Counted from the stretch's first letter, positions 11,268 to 23,137 are shown. The stretch is 64,000 nucleotides of DNA from Planktothrix sp. GU0601_MAG3 (GCA_035193785.1 CP136572.1:2676578-2740577), one strand, 5' to 3'. The notes: a model not told the origin generated them from the sequence alone. Translations and numbers: made by a program.

Positions 11268-13118
11268 ATGAATTTTGAAACTTATTTGCGATCGCTTCAA
11301 AAAAATTTACAACGCGGGAGTGAACGCACCCACTATCCCGGTTTAAAAACCTTATTGGATTATCCCTCAGAACAAATTGAAGCCAGTATTGAAGAAAAAG
11401 GAAATAAAGCCGGAATACCTGATTTTACGGTGAGGAAACGTGAGTTATTAATTGGATATGTAGAAGCCAAAGATTTAGGAATAGACTTATCAACCGTCGA
11501 AAAAACAGAACAGTTAGAACGTTATCGAGAATCCCATATTGGGGCTAACTTAATTTTAACAAATTATTTAGAATTTCGTTGGTATATTAACGGGAAACTG
11601 CACTTAAAAACAGTTTTAGGGGAACAAGTTAATCATCAGATTCAATTGATTGATTCTGAACCAACAAATCAATTAATTCAAGGATTTCTGAACTATCAGG
11701 GCGAAATAATTAATAACCCTGAAGACTTGGCAAAACAGATGGCACGATTGACAAAAGCCATTCGTTATGCAGTTATAGAAGCCTTAAAACTAGAAACAGA
11801 AACGGGACAACTGCATCAACTCCAGAAGGGATTTCAAGAGGTTTTATTACCGAATTTAGAACCGTCTACTTTTGCCGATATGTATGCTCAAACCGTCGCT
11901 TATGGTTTATTTACAGCTAGGGTTAGTCATGCTCAAAACCCTCAAAACTATGCTTTTGAACGACGCACCGCCGGGTTATATATTCCCGATACTAACCCGT
12001 TTTTAAAGCGGTTATTTAATACCGTTGTTGATACGGATGTGCTTTCTCAAATTAATTGGGCTGTCGATGATTTAGTGCAACTTTTAGCCCAAGTTAATAT
12101 GACCAATATTTTAGAAAATTTCGGCAAAAATACCCAACAGAAAGATCCGGTTGTGCATTTTTATGAAACCTTTCTCGCCGCCTATGATGCCGCCTTGCGG
12201 AAAAGTCGAGGAGTTTATTATACACCGGAACCTGTGGTATCTTTTATTGTGCGTTCAGTAGATTTAATTCTGAAAAATCGGTTTAATTTAGCGTTAGGTT
12301 TGGCTGATTATACCCAAGATAAAACCACCAAACAGCCGAGGGTACAAATTCTTGATCCCGCAACGGGAACCGGAACATTTCTCTATACTGTGGTGAATCA
12401 AATTTACCAAAATTTAGAGGAAATGGGGTTAGGAAGTAGTTGGAATGATTATGTTAAGGAGCATTTATTTAATCGTTTATATGGATTTGAATTGTTAATG
12501 GCTCCATACGCGATCGCCCATTTAAAATTAGGATTACAATTGCAAAATTATGGTTATCAATTTCAAGATAAACAACGGTTAGGAATTTATTTAACTAATA
12601 CCTTAGATGAAGCGTTAAAAAAATCTGATATATTATTTGGTCAATATGTTGCCCAAGAAGCCAATGAAGCCGCAGCAATTAAGCAGGATTTTCCGGTTAT
12701 GATAGTCATAGGTAATCCCCCTTATTCTGGGCATTCTGCCAATAACAGTGAATGGATATCAGGATTAATTAAAGAATATTATTATGTAGATGGTGTACCA
12801 TTGGGAGAACGTAACCCGAAATGGTTACAAGATGATTATGTTAAGTTTATTCGGTTTGGACAATGGCGAATTGACCGTACAGGTTCAGGAATTTTAGCAT
12901 TTATTACCAATCATGGTTATCTGGATAATCCTACTTTTCGAGGGATGAGACAAAGTTTAGAGAAAACCTTTGATGAAATCTATATAATAGATTTACATGG
13001 TAATAGTAAGAAAAAAGAAGTGACTCCCAATGGTTTACCCGATAAAAATGTATTTGATATTCAGCAGGGAGTCGCAGTTTGTTTTATGATTAAATATCCC
13101 CAGGAGAAAAGAGTATGA
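11268..13118 (+). CDS. Type IIG/ISP-like restriction-modification enzyme, nuclease + N6-adenine methyltransferase part
   Basis: N-terminal PD...EAK nuclease motif (GIPDF...YVEAKD), GVYYTP, LDPATGTGTF (motif I), GNPPY (motif IV). Confidence 0.88.
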   Translation: MNFETYLRSLQKNLQRGSERTHYPGLKTLLDYPSEQIEASIEEKGNKAGIPDFTVRKRELLIGYVEAKDLGIDLSTVEKTEQLERYRESHIGANLILTNYLEFRWYINGKLHLKTVLGEQVNHQIQLIDSEPTNQLIQGFLNYQGEIINNPEDLAKQMARLTKAIRYAVIEALKLETETGQLHQLQKGFQEVLLPNLEPSTFADMYAQTVAYGLFTARVSHAQNPQNYAFERRTAGLYIPDTNPFLKRLFNTVVDTDVLSQINWAVDDLVQLLAQVNMTNILENFGKNTQQKDPVVHFYETFLAAYDAALRKSRGVYYTPEPVVSFIVRSVDLILKNRFNLALGLADYTQDKTTKQPRVQILDPATGTGTFLYTVVNQIYQNLEEMGLGSSWNDYVKEHLFNRLYGFELLMAPYAIAHLKLGLQLQNYGYQFQDKQRLGIYLTNTLDEALKKSDILFGQYVAQEANEAAAIKQDFPVMIVIGNPPYSGHSANNSEWISGLIKEYYYVDGVPLGERNPKWLQDDYVKFIRFGQWRIDRTGSGILAFITNHGYLDNPTFRGMRQSLEKTFDEIYIIDLHGNSKKKEVTPNGLPDKNVFDIQQGVAVCFMIKYPQEKRV

Positions 13119-13279
13119 AATGGCGTGTTATTTTAGAACCTGACCCTGAAACCGGAGATTGGGCTATTTGGTGTCCAGAGTTACCCGGTTGTGTTTCCGC
13201 AGGTGAAACGGAAGCAGAAGCTTTAGAAAATATTCGGGAAGCGATCGCACTTTATTTTGAACCTAGATCAGTAGAATAA
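13115..13279 (+). CDS. HicB-family antitoxin-like protein, 54 aa, not in the ORF track
   Basis: MKWRVILEPDPETGDWAIWCPELPGCVSAGETEAEALENIREAIALYFEP; AGGAG RBS; ATGA overlap with the upstream stop. Confidence 0.85.
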   Translation: MKWRVILEPDPETGDWAIWCPELPGCVSAGETEAEALENIREAIALYFEPRSVE

Positions 13280-13282
13280 TTT

Positions 13283-14528
13283 ATGACTAAGTTTTATCAC
13301 GTTGATATTTGGGGTTTCAAGGGAAGATAAGTATAGTTATCTTAATGAAAATGATTTTACTACAATTGAGTGGAAAGAAATTTTTCCTACTTCACCGTTT
13401 TATTTTTTTATTCCTCAAAATCAAGATTTATTAGTAGAATATAACCAAGGCTGGAAAATTACTGATATATTTCCTGTTAACTCTGTAGGGATAGTAACTG
13501 CTCGAGATAATTTTGCTTTAGCTTTTGATCCAGATATTTTAAGAAAACGGATAGAAGATTTTAGAAATTTTGATATTAATGATGATGTTATTGCAGAAAA
13601 ATATGAAATCAATGATACTCAGGCTTGGAAAATCAAAAATAGTAGACAATCATTAGCCAATAATTCTGAATGGGAAAAATACTTTACTTATTGTCTCTAT
13701 CGTCCCTTTGATCGGAGAAATTATTATCATCACGACGATCTAGTGGAACGTCCTAGAAATGAAGTAATGCGTCATATTCTAGCAGGAAATAACATAGCAA
13801 TTTATACTTGTCGTCAGATTATAAGTGACTCCTGGCGACATTCTCTAGTAACTAATAATTTAACTGATGATTGTTATGTTTCTAATAAGAGTAGAGAACG
13901 CGGTTATATTTTCCCCCTCTACCTTTACCCGGACACGGAAAATGCCCAAGGTACATTATTTAAAGAAACCACACCCAACCTATCACAAAAATTCCTCAAC
14001 GCTATTAGAGAAAAACTAGGTTATATTCCTACACCAGAAGCAATATTTTATTACATATACGCTATTTTTTATAGTCCCACATATAGACAAATTTACGCCG
14101 AATTTCTCAAAATAGATTTTCCTCGCTTACCCCTAACTAGCAATGAGCAATTATTTAAAAATTTAGCTAAAAAAGGCGAAGAATTAGTTAAATTACATTT
14201 AATGGAATCTCCACAACTCAATCGTTTAATTACCAAATATCAAGGCGAAGGAGATAACAGCGTTACAGAAGTAACCTATAAACCGCAACAGCAACGAGTT
14301 TATATTAATAAAACCCGTTATTTTGAAGGGATACCGCAGGAAATTTGGGAATTTAAAATTGGCGGGTATCAAGTGTTAGATAAATGGTTGAAAGACCGCA
14401 AAAAAGCTAATCGGAGTTTGTCTTTTGATGATATTCTGCATTATCAAAAAATTGTTATTGTGTTAACAGCAACATTAAATATTATGAAAGAAATTGATCA
14501 AATTATTCCTGAATGGCCGATTGACTAA
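13283..14528 (+). CDS. C-terminal specificity (target-recognition) part of the Type IIG/ISP-like enzyme; frameshift ~13314
   Basis: Repaired start MTKFYHVDIWGSREDKY; GIVTARD, LYRPFD, FPLYLY, DFPRLP, IGGYQVLDKWLKDRK motifs. Confidence 0.85.
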
Positions 14529-14562
14529 AACGCCATCAAAATATTAATCTTGAGAAAACAGA

Positions 14563-14600
14563 ATGAAATAGTGTGTTATTTTGGAATTTGATCCTGAAAA
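14563..14600 (+). pseudogene. Degenerate 5-prime fragment of a second hicB-like gene
   Basis: 31/37 nt identical to 13115-13151; codon 3 TGG changed to TAG. Confidence 0.7.
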
Positions 14601-14627
14601 CTGTACCCGACTAGACCAGGAAATGCT

Positions 14628-14725
14628 ATATAGCAGTCACGTCTAACAGTGTTTGACTCATATTGATGCGGTAAATTGCTTACGGTGAATTCCTTTTCCT
14701 CCCGATAGCAAGATAGCCTGCTACA
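14628..14725. mobile_element. MITE-like element (TATAGCAG...CTGCTA ends)
   Basis: Shares termini and the internal GCGGT..GCTTACGGT.AA.TC.TTT segment with 63102-63186. Confidence 0.55.
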
Positions 14726-14779
14726 ATACTAATACCGAGGAGGTGATTTTTCTGTTTGCTGTAGACTTCCCCTTTAGGA

Positions 14780-15304
14780 ATGAAGAAACCGCGTAAATCT
14801 CAGGTCATAACGCCGATAGAAGATCCTTGGAGTCTTTCTAGTTTGGTCAATCCCTCTGATTTACTCAAATATTATGGCTTTGAATTAGCAGACCAGACCC
14901 CGGAACAAATTATTGATCGGTGGCAAAAAGAACATGACCCAGATTGGTTTTTACCCGCTATTTTAGAATCTTTATATCAGGGACGCTATAAAGCTATTTC
15001 TGTAGAACATATCTTAATTTATTGGCAAAGACGAGGAAAAAAAATTCATCATTTTACTCCAGAATTTGAACGTTTAATTTGTCATCGTTTCCCCCAAAAG
15101 TTATTAATAGGGAGTCAAAATCAAGATACATCAATAACGGAGCAAAATCTGAAACTATCTGAAAACAATGAATTAGAACCGAACCAAACCGATAAAATAT
15201 CCCTAAAACATCCTGATTTTCACAAGAAGTTAAAGGGATTAATTGATAATACGGAAAAAGAAAAAGGTAAACATCAATCTAGTTCAGTTAATCCGAAGCC
15301 GTGA
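14780..15304 (+). CDS. Conserved cyanobacterial hypothetical protein
   Basis: 174-aa ORF with YYGFEL and ESLYQGRYKAISVEHIL motifs. Confidence 0.75.
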   Translation: MKKPRKSQVITPIEDPWSLSSLVNPSDLLKYYGFELADQTPEQIIDRWQKEHDPDWFLPAILESLYQGRYKAISVEHILIYWQRRGKKIHHFTPEFERLICHRFPQKLLIGSQNQDTSITEQNLKLSENNELEPNQTDKISLKHPDFHKKLKGLIDNTEKEKGKHQSSSVNPKP

Positions 15305-15557
15305 CATTTTCATAAACTCCCTGATCACGTTTGACTAACTTCGTAAATCCGGCGCTTTTGTAATCAGCATTAGAAGTGGGAATAGATAGCATTGGCGCAC
15401 TCAGCACCCGACGAACTAGAGCCTCTTTCGGAGTATCCCCCAGGTCACGGTTTGCTAACTGACACACCTCACCCCAGGTGGTAATCTCCTGGGCTAAGGG
15501 GTGCATCACTTCTACTGTTTGGTTGTTGCTGGGACAGAAATAATCGTAGATTGGCAT
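15288..15557 (-). CDS. FmdB-like zinc-ribbon protein
   Basis: MPIYDYFCP start typical of the FmdB family. Confidence 0.75.
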   Translation of the reverse strand: MPIYDYFCPSNNQTVEVMHPLAQEITTWGEVCQLANRDLGDTPKEALVRRVLSAPMLSIPTSNADYKSAGFTKLVKRDQGVYENVTASD

Positions 15558-15898
15558 AGCAAAGGGTTGAATTTCAATAACGACAAATTGGTGTTATCCC
15601 CATTAGGGATAATTTTATCAAAGTTTCAGTCTATGGGAAGCACAGGGAAAGAAAACCGGATGCAATTTTGCCAAAATCGGAGATAATACAAAAGCTGAGG
15701 AGATGATTCGGCGGCCATTGACTCAACCTGATTTTATTCTTGGTTATCCCTGGGAAAATCAGATCAAAATATTTTTGGGATAATAAATTGGAGGGGAAAC
15801 GCAATTCAAATCCATTGAATTTCAATAAATTTCTAAATTAACTGCCCTGAGAAATGTTAAACAAACTGTCAAATATAGCTGTAAATGAGGACTAATCC

Positions 15899-16495
15899 AT
15901 GAGTGATTTTAAACCAACTCCCGAAACGAATATGACAACCACTCAACTTTTAGACCGCTATCAACTCCATGATGCGAATACCCTAAAAACTTGGGCAAGT
16001 TTGCATGGAATTTGTCAACAGGATGATCTATTTGCTCCCGCAGAAGTCGATTTGATTGATCATGTTCATCATCATATTTATAATCTGGGAATGACCGTTG
16101 ACGAGTATCAAAATTTCTTAAATCATCGTCTCAATCGAATCCAAACTACGGTAGAAGTTCAGCCACCTATTATTGATCAAAATCCCGTTTCTGACCAGAT
16201 CACAACCGACGCTTCCCAAGCGGTAGAATCCCTCATGGAACAGTATTCTGAAGCCATAGAATTCATGGGAGAACGCATTGCCGATCATTTTATTGATGAA
16301 TTAGATTTATCCGTAATGCGTCATTTGGCGATTAAAGTCAAAGAACGTCAATTATTAAATGGTCAAGCACCTAAACCCAATCGTTTCTTAAGAACAATTC
16401 AAGCGGTATTAAAACCGAAAAATAGTCCTTTATTAACTTCTCCTTCTCCTGAAGAAAGCACTGTTCAGATGGAAAGTAATCACCGTTTAGGTTGA
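15899..16495 (+). CDS. Hypothetical protein
   Basis: 198-aa ORF with GAGG RBS; no family recognised. Confidence 0.65.
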   Translation: MSDFKPTPETNMTTTQLLDRYQLHDANTLKTWASLHGICQQDDLFAPAEVDLIDHVHHHIYNLGMTVDEYQNFLNHRLNRIQTTVEVQPPIIDQNPVSDQITTDASQAVESLMEQYSEAIEFMGERIADHFIDELDLSVMRHLAIKVKERQLLNGQAPKPNRFLRTIQAVLKPKNSPLLTSPSPEESTVQMESNHRLG

Positions 16496-16579
16496 TTAAG
16501 AAGTAGATAGTAGTTTAGGTTGATAGTTAACTCTTAATCCTCAACCTAAACCCTCACCAATTTGACTTAAACTCAGCCC

Positions 16580-18182
16580 ATGGACTCATCTTTAACTCCT
16601 CAAAATCTTGTTAAATATTTATATCAACAGGCTAATTATCATTTAGTCCATCAACAGGTTGATCAAGCCCTTTCTCTTTGTTTTGTGGCTCTTAATTTAG
16701 ATCCAGACTATGCACCTATTTCTAAAACTTTAGGGTTAATTTGGCAAGTTCAAGAGGATTTTGAACAGGCAGAATTTTGGTATCAGAAAGCCCTGAAATT
16801 ACAACCCAATTATGCAGAAGTTTATGGAAATTTAGGAGATATTTATAGTCAAAAACAAGACTGGGAAACGGCAATTTTAAATTATAGAAAGGCGATAGAA
16901 TGTAATCCTAATCTGGCGTTAATTTATCTAAATTTAGCTCAGGTTTTGATGAAAATTGATCAACAGGATGAAGGGGAGGAACTCTGGTATAAAGCCCTGC
17001 ACTTAGAACCAGGTTTGGGGACATTTAATGACTATTTAAACCTGGGAAATCGACTATTTCAAAAACGGAAAATTAATCCGGCAATTTTTTGTTATCAAAA
17101 TGCCATTCAAGCCAACCCGAATGGGTATGAACCCTATCATAATTTAGGAGAGGCTTATATGCAACTCCAACAGTGGGATAAGGCTATGCAATTTTATGGT
17201 CAAGCTGTGGAGAAAAATAATCAGATATTTTCTTCCTATCTGGGTTTGGGGAATGCGAATAAACAATTAAACAGATGGGAAAATGCAATTAATTGTTACC
17301 AGCGAGTCATAGAATTAAATCCTACGGCCTATTTACCCCATTTTCAAATCGCGGAAATTAGGTTTCAATTACAAAAATGGGATGAGGCGATCGCCTGTTA
17401 TCAAAATGCGCTAAAACTAGAAGACAAAAATCCATATATCTATTTATCTTTAAGTCGAGCTTATAGTTATCAAAAACAATGGGAAGAAGCGATCGCAGCT
17501 TCTCAAAAAGCCCTACTATTAAGCCCTGATTTACCCCATGCTCATACCCATTTAGGTAATTTTTTATCAGAAATTGGTGGATTAGAAACCGCCATCCAAG
17601 CCCATCAAAAATCCCATTATTTAAGGGGATGGAATTCCAGTCTGGAAAAAGATTATCATTTTACCAAAGATTGGTTTAGCGTTAATATCCCCAACTGGGA
17701 AAAAGCTCTACATTCTTTCGCTAATTCTCCCGAAATTCAAGGCTTAGAAATTGGCAGTTTTCAAGGGATGTCAGCCTGTTGGTTACTGGATTATATTTTA
17801 ACCCATCCTACGGCAAAAATAACCTGTATAGATTTAAGTTTTCAACCAGAATTTGAGGGAAATATTGCCAAAACCGGAGTCCCCGAAAAAGTCACCAAAT
17901 TAGAAGGATATTCCCAAGAAATCTTAGCCTCCCTAACTCCTAATACCTACAATTTTGTTTATATTGATGGCTGTCATTTATCCTCGGTGGTCTTACAGGA
18001 TGCTTCCCTCTCTTGGAATTTACTTAAACCGGGGGGAATTATGATTTTTGATGATTATGAATATCGAGATCCTGAAACACCCGGAAGAAGACACGGGTAA
18101 AGGAATTGATCAATTTATGAATACCCTCTCTCAACCCGTGAAAATTCTGTATCAAGCCTATCAGTTAATTATTCAGAAATAG
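16580..18182 (+). CDS. TPR-repeat protein with C-terminal class I SAM methyltransferase; frameshift ~18074
   Basis: Multiple TPR units; LEIGSFQGMS, YIDGCH, LKPGGIMIFDDY. Confidence 0.85.
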
Positions 18183-18316
18183 GAGAAAGGATCAAGATTA
18201 TTGTAACCACGAAGACACCAAAACACCAAGAATTTATCCACCATCCCGATCTCCTGTCTTCAACTTTTGCTAAACTAATCTTAAGAAAAGTAAATAGTTG
18301 AATCAATCGGAGCTTC

Positions 18317-21237
18317 ATGTTAGAGATTACTTCCTCAACGAACATCCAGATGGAAACCATGGTATCTTCCGCCCCCAGGGATAACGGAAACCCCCCCCAG
18401 TCCCAGGGGTTTGCCCAACGGCATCTAGGCCCCAATCCCGTTGAGATTCAACAAATGTTAGAATTGTTGGGGGTTTCTAGTTTAGAAACTTTGATTGAGC
18501 AAACTGTTCCTGCTAGTATTCGCCTCAATCGTAGCCTAAAATTACCAGAAGCCTTAAGTGAATATGCGGCTTTAAATCAATTAAAAGCGATCGCCTCTAA
18601 AAATCAAGTCTATCGTTCTTTCATTGGCATGGGATATTCCGATTGTATCACACCCGGAGTGATTCAAAGAAATATCCTAGAAAATCCCGGTTGGTATACG
18701 GCTTATACGCCCTATCAGGCTGAAATTGCCCAGGGTCGTTTAGAAGCATTACTAAACTTTCAAACCCTAATTATTGACTTAACGGGATTAGAAATAGCTA
18801 ACGCTTCCCTACTCGATGAAGCTACGGCTGCCGCCGAAGCCATGAGTCTGAGTTACGCCGTTTCTAAAACCCAAGCTAAGGGCTTTTTTGTCTCCCAAGA
18901 TTGTCACCCCCAAACCATTGATGTAGTTAAAACCCGAGCAATTCCCCTGGGCATTGAGATTATTATTGCAGATCATCATACCTTTGATTTTAATACTCCG
19001 ATTTTTGGCTGTTTACTGCAATATCCTGCTAGTGATGGGACAATTTATGACTATCGAAACTTTATTGAAACTGCCCACAAACATCAGGCTTTAGTTACGG
19101 TGGCGGCGGATATTTTAAGTTTAACCCTATTAACTCCTCCCGGGGAATTGGGAGCAGATATTGCCGTCGGAAGTACCCAACGGCTGGGGGTTCCCCTGGG
19201 TTATGGTGGCCCCCATGCAGCCTATTTTGCCACCAAGGAAACCTATAAACGCAACGTTCCGGGTAGGATGGTAGGTGTGTCTAAAGATGCCCAAGGAAAC
19301 CCCGCCTTGCGGTTAGCTTTACAAACCCGTGAGCAACATATTCGCCGCGATAAAGCTACCAGTAATATTTGTACTGCTCAAGTATTATTAGCGGTAATTG
19401 CTAGTTTGTATGCGGTCTATCATGGGCCGTCTGGACTTCAAGAAATCGCCCAAAATATCCATCAATTAACCCTAACCTTAGCAGAAGGGTTAAAACGGTT
19501 AGGGTATGCAATCGGAACGGAACCCTTTTTTGATACAGTTAAAGTTAAATTAGGGAAGAAATCCTTAACGGAAATTCTGTCAGCATCCCAAGCTCAAGAG
19601 ATCAATCTCCGAGTCATTGATCATCAAACCGTTGGTATTAGTTTAGATGAAACCACAACCCCTCAAGATTTAATCGATTTATGGGAAATCTTTGCGGAAT
19701 CTGAATTAACATTTACCGTTGAAGATGTTTTAAACCCGTCAGAAAACCTAACTGCATTTACCCGAAAATCTGCCTATTTAACCCATCCAGTTTTTAATAG
19801 TTACCATTCAGAAACCGAACTTCTACGTTATATTCATCGCTTAGAAACCAAGGATTTATCCTTAACTACTTCGATGATTCCTTTGGGCTCCTGTATACCA
19901 TGAAACTTAACGCCACGGCGGAAATGATTCCGGTAACTTGGCCAGAATTTGGAAAACTCCATCCTTTCGCCCCAAAAGACCAAACCCAGGGCTATCAAAT
20001 TCTGTTTGAACAATTAGAAAACTGGTTAGCAGAAATAACAGGATTTGCCGGAATTTCGTTACAACCCAATGCAGGTTCCCAGGGGGAATATGCCGGATTA
20101 TTAGTTATTCGCCACTACCACGAAAGTCGGGGAGAAATTCATCGAAATATCTGTTTAATTCCCGAATCTGCCCACGGGACAAATCCTGCCAGTGCCGTGA
20201 TGTGCGGGTTTAATGTGGTTCCCGTTGCCTGTGATGACCAGGGTAATATTAATATTAATGACTTGCAAGCTAAGGCTGAAAAACATCAAGCAAACTTAGC
20301 TGCTTTAATGATAACATATCCTTCAACCCATGGTGTATTTGAAACCGGAATTGAGGATATTTGTACGATCATTCACAACAACGGCGGACAGGTTTATATG
20401 GATGGGGCAAATATGAACGCCCAAGTCGGGTTATGTCGCCCCGGGGATTTTGGGGCCGATGTCTGTCACCTCAACCTGCATAAAACCTTCTGTATTCCCC
20501 ACGGGGGCGGCGGGCCAGGGATGGGGCCGATTGGAGTTGCTGCCCATTTAGTTCCTTTCCTCCCTGGTCATGGGGTCGTGGATATCCAAGGAAGTCAAAC
20601 CGGGGCCGTTTCCGCCGCGCCTTGGGGGAGTGCGAGTATCTTGGTGATTTCTTGGATGTATATTGCCATGATGGGGGCAAAGGGATTAACAGAAGCGACA
20701 AAACTGGCAATTTTAAATGCGAATTATATTGCCCATCGTTTAAATAACTATTACCCGATTTTGTACAAGGGAAATCAGGGATTTGTTGCCCATGAATGTA
20801 TTTTAGATTTGCGGGGCGTGAAGAAATCTGCGGGTATTGAAGTTGATGATATTGCCAAACGATTAATAGACTACGGATTCCATGCCCCGACGGTATCCTG
20901 GCCCGTGGCGGGAACCATGATGGTCGAACCAACTGAAAGCGAATCTAAACCGGAATTAGATCGGTTTTGTGAGGCGATGATTGCCATTTATCAGGAGATT
21001 TCCCAGATAGAATCGGGGGCGATGGATGCCACTAATAATATGTTGAAAAACGCACCCCATACGGCAATTTCCCTGCTTTGTGGGGAATGGAATCGTCCCT
21101 ATTCCCGGGAACAAGCCGCCTATCCCGCCCCCTGGACAAAAGACCATAAATTCTGGCCGTCTGTGGGACGAATTGATAATGCTTTTGGCGATCGCAATTT
21201 TGTCTGTTCGTGTTTACCAATGGATGCCTATAAATAA
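18317..21237 (+). CDS. gcvP: Glycine dehydrogenase (glycine cleavage P protein); 2-nt insertion ~19895
   Basis: [33 protein letters not shown] (PLP Lys); the conserved PLGSCTMKLN is broken at TGTATACCATG. Confidence 0.95.
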
Positions 21238-21260
21238 TTGAAATAATCCCTAAAACCCTC

Positions 21261-21288
21261 GTAGAGACGTGCCATGGCGCGTCTCTAC
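21261..21288. repeat. GTAG-type REP hairpin
   Basis: GTAGAGACGTGCCATGGCGCGTCTCTAC between convergent genes. Confidence 0.8.
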
Positions 21289-21315
21289 ATGATACGGATG
21301 CGTAGAAAACATTTA

Positions 21316-21829
21316 TTACTTTTGTTTGCGCCGAGGAATTAAGGGAGGTTTTGCAGGTTTCATAGGACTTTAATCCTCCATCTCCCGTCAGAATTTCAAC
21401 TTCATAACCTGACTTTGCATAATAATCTGCGACTCCTTTAATAGTTGCATCTCCGAGGGATAGTTTTTCCAGGACTAACTGAGGAAATTCATTCGCTAGT
21501 TGTTTAATTTGTTCAGAATTCCATAATTCCGACTGTTCGGTAAATGCAGCCCAAGGGGTTTGGTTATCAGCCGTTAATTTCATTAATTCTGCTAATTTTA
21601 GAGCGATTTCATATCGTAGATTAGAAGATTGGGCAATATGATTTCCCGTTTCAATAATAGAAGCTAAGGGTAAAACAAATGTTGTTTTTAATTTTTCTTC
21701 CTGTTGTAAAATTTTCTCAACTTTGGCTTTATCCCAAAAATTTTCTTTTGAACCACAGGTTTCTTTACCTGGAACTCCTAACCAAACACAAAGGATAGAA
21801 GTATCAAAAATTAATACTTTTCTCACCAT
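21316..21829 (-). CDS. PIN-domain-like protein; frameshift ~21357 near the C-terminus
   Basis: N-terminal LIFDTS, IIETGN, SLGDATI, ILTGDGGL acidic PIN motifs. Confidence 0.7.
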
Positions 21830-21831
21830 TT

Positions 21832-23137
21832 CTATTCCCGATGTTTGGCTAAACTTTTTTCTAATAATCCCTGCTGGGTGATTTTTCCCAAAGATCCCGA
21901 AGCCATTAATTTAGGTAAATTTTCAATTTCATCTAAGGGAATTAACTGGCTTTCTCCCGTATCTTGATCTCGATAAGCAACCATAACAAAAGGAATAAAA
22001 TCCGGGGTTAATTCATCCATTAAAGCTGGGTTATGGGTCGTGACTAAAATATCAATATTGCGGTTTTTACCAATTTCTCGTAACATTTGTAAAAGCAAAC
22101 CAGCCCGAGAAGGATGTAAACCATTATCAACTTCCTCAATCACAATTAAACTGCCTTCGGGACGGGTTAATAAAGCGGTTAAAATCGCTAAAAATCTTAA
22201 TGTTCCATCGGACATTCCTCTTGCATCTACTAATAAAGGTTCTTGATTTTCACCCCATTTTTCTTCACAATATAACATCGCATCACTGCCTAATCTTCCC
22301 ACAGGTTCAGCCCAAACTCGTTGTAAATCTCCTTCAGGAAGTTGGGATAAATAACTCAGTAAGGTTTGCTCAATTTTTTCTTTTTCTGCTTCAGGAAGGG
22401 CTGCTAAAACTCCCGCAATATTTGAGCCATCTTCTTCTAATATTTTTGATAGTGGAGAATAGTCTCTCATATTCTGAGGAATGGGGTTAATAATAAATAT
22501 TTTTTTGAGAACTCTTGCCGTAGCATGGTAACTCCGTATCATAGTCCCAAAAGAATAAAAATTATAAAAAGGTAAATATTCCTGATTTCGCAAAAGAAAT
22601 CTAGTTTCTAGGAAACAATTTGTTTAATGCTGATAATTCATACTTTAATGTTGATAATTCATACTTTCTAAGAGTTGTTCTACTAAGAGAGTGGTTTAAA
22701 AGTGGATTTATACGACTAATCGTATTTTCTGATGAGTTATTACTTTTGTTATTTTCATTGGATTTAATTAATTTTATAAATTCATTAATTGATTGTATTT
22801 TAGGTTCGATTTCTGCTGTAATACTATAAAGACAATCAAATTCAACTTGCTCATTTTCCTGTTTATATTCCCCACTAATAACCGCTTCTAAAGTAAACTG
22901 AGTTTCCGGTTTTCTAACTACCCATTCTAACCCCCCTCGAATTCCTGGGGTATGACTATCACCAATTAAAGCAGATTCTAAAGATTTTGCTTCAGGAATG
23001 CGACTTAAAAAATCTAAAGCATCAATAATATTAGATTTGCCACTAGAATTAGTTCCAATTAAAATAGTAATTGGATCAATATATAAGGTTGCCTCTTTAA
23101 AACTTTTCCAGTTTTTTAAGTTAATTTGCTTTAGCAT
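21832..23137 (-). CDS. ABC/AAA_21-type ATPase (AbiEii/OLD-like); frameshift ~22604-22615
   Basis: GTNSSGKSN Walker A, MSDGT signature, IEEVDNGLHP Walker B/D-loop, TTHNP H-loop. Confidence 0.88.

Noticed and set aside
18183..18316. Glycine riboswitch upstream of gcvP
   Set aside because: No recognisable aptamer motifs in the short intergenic region
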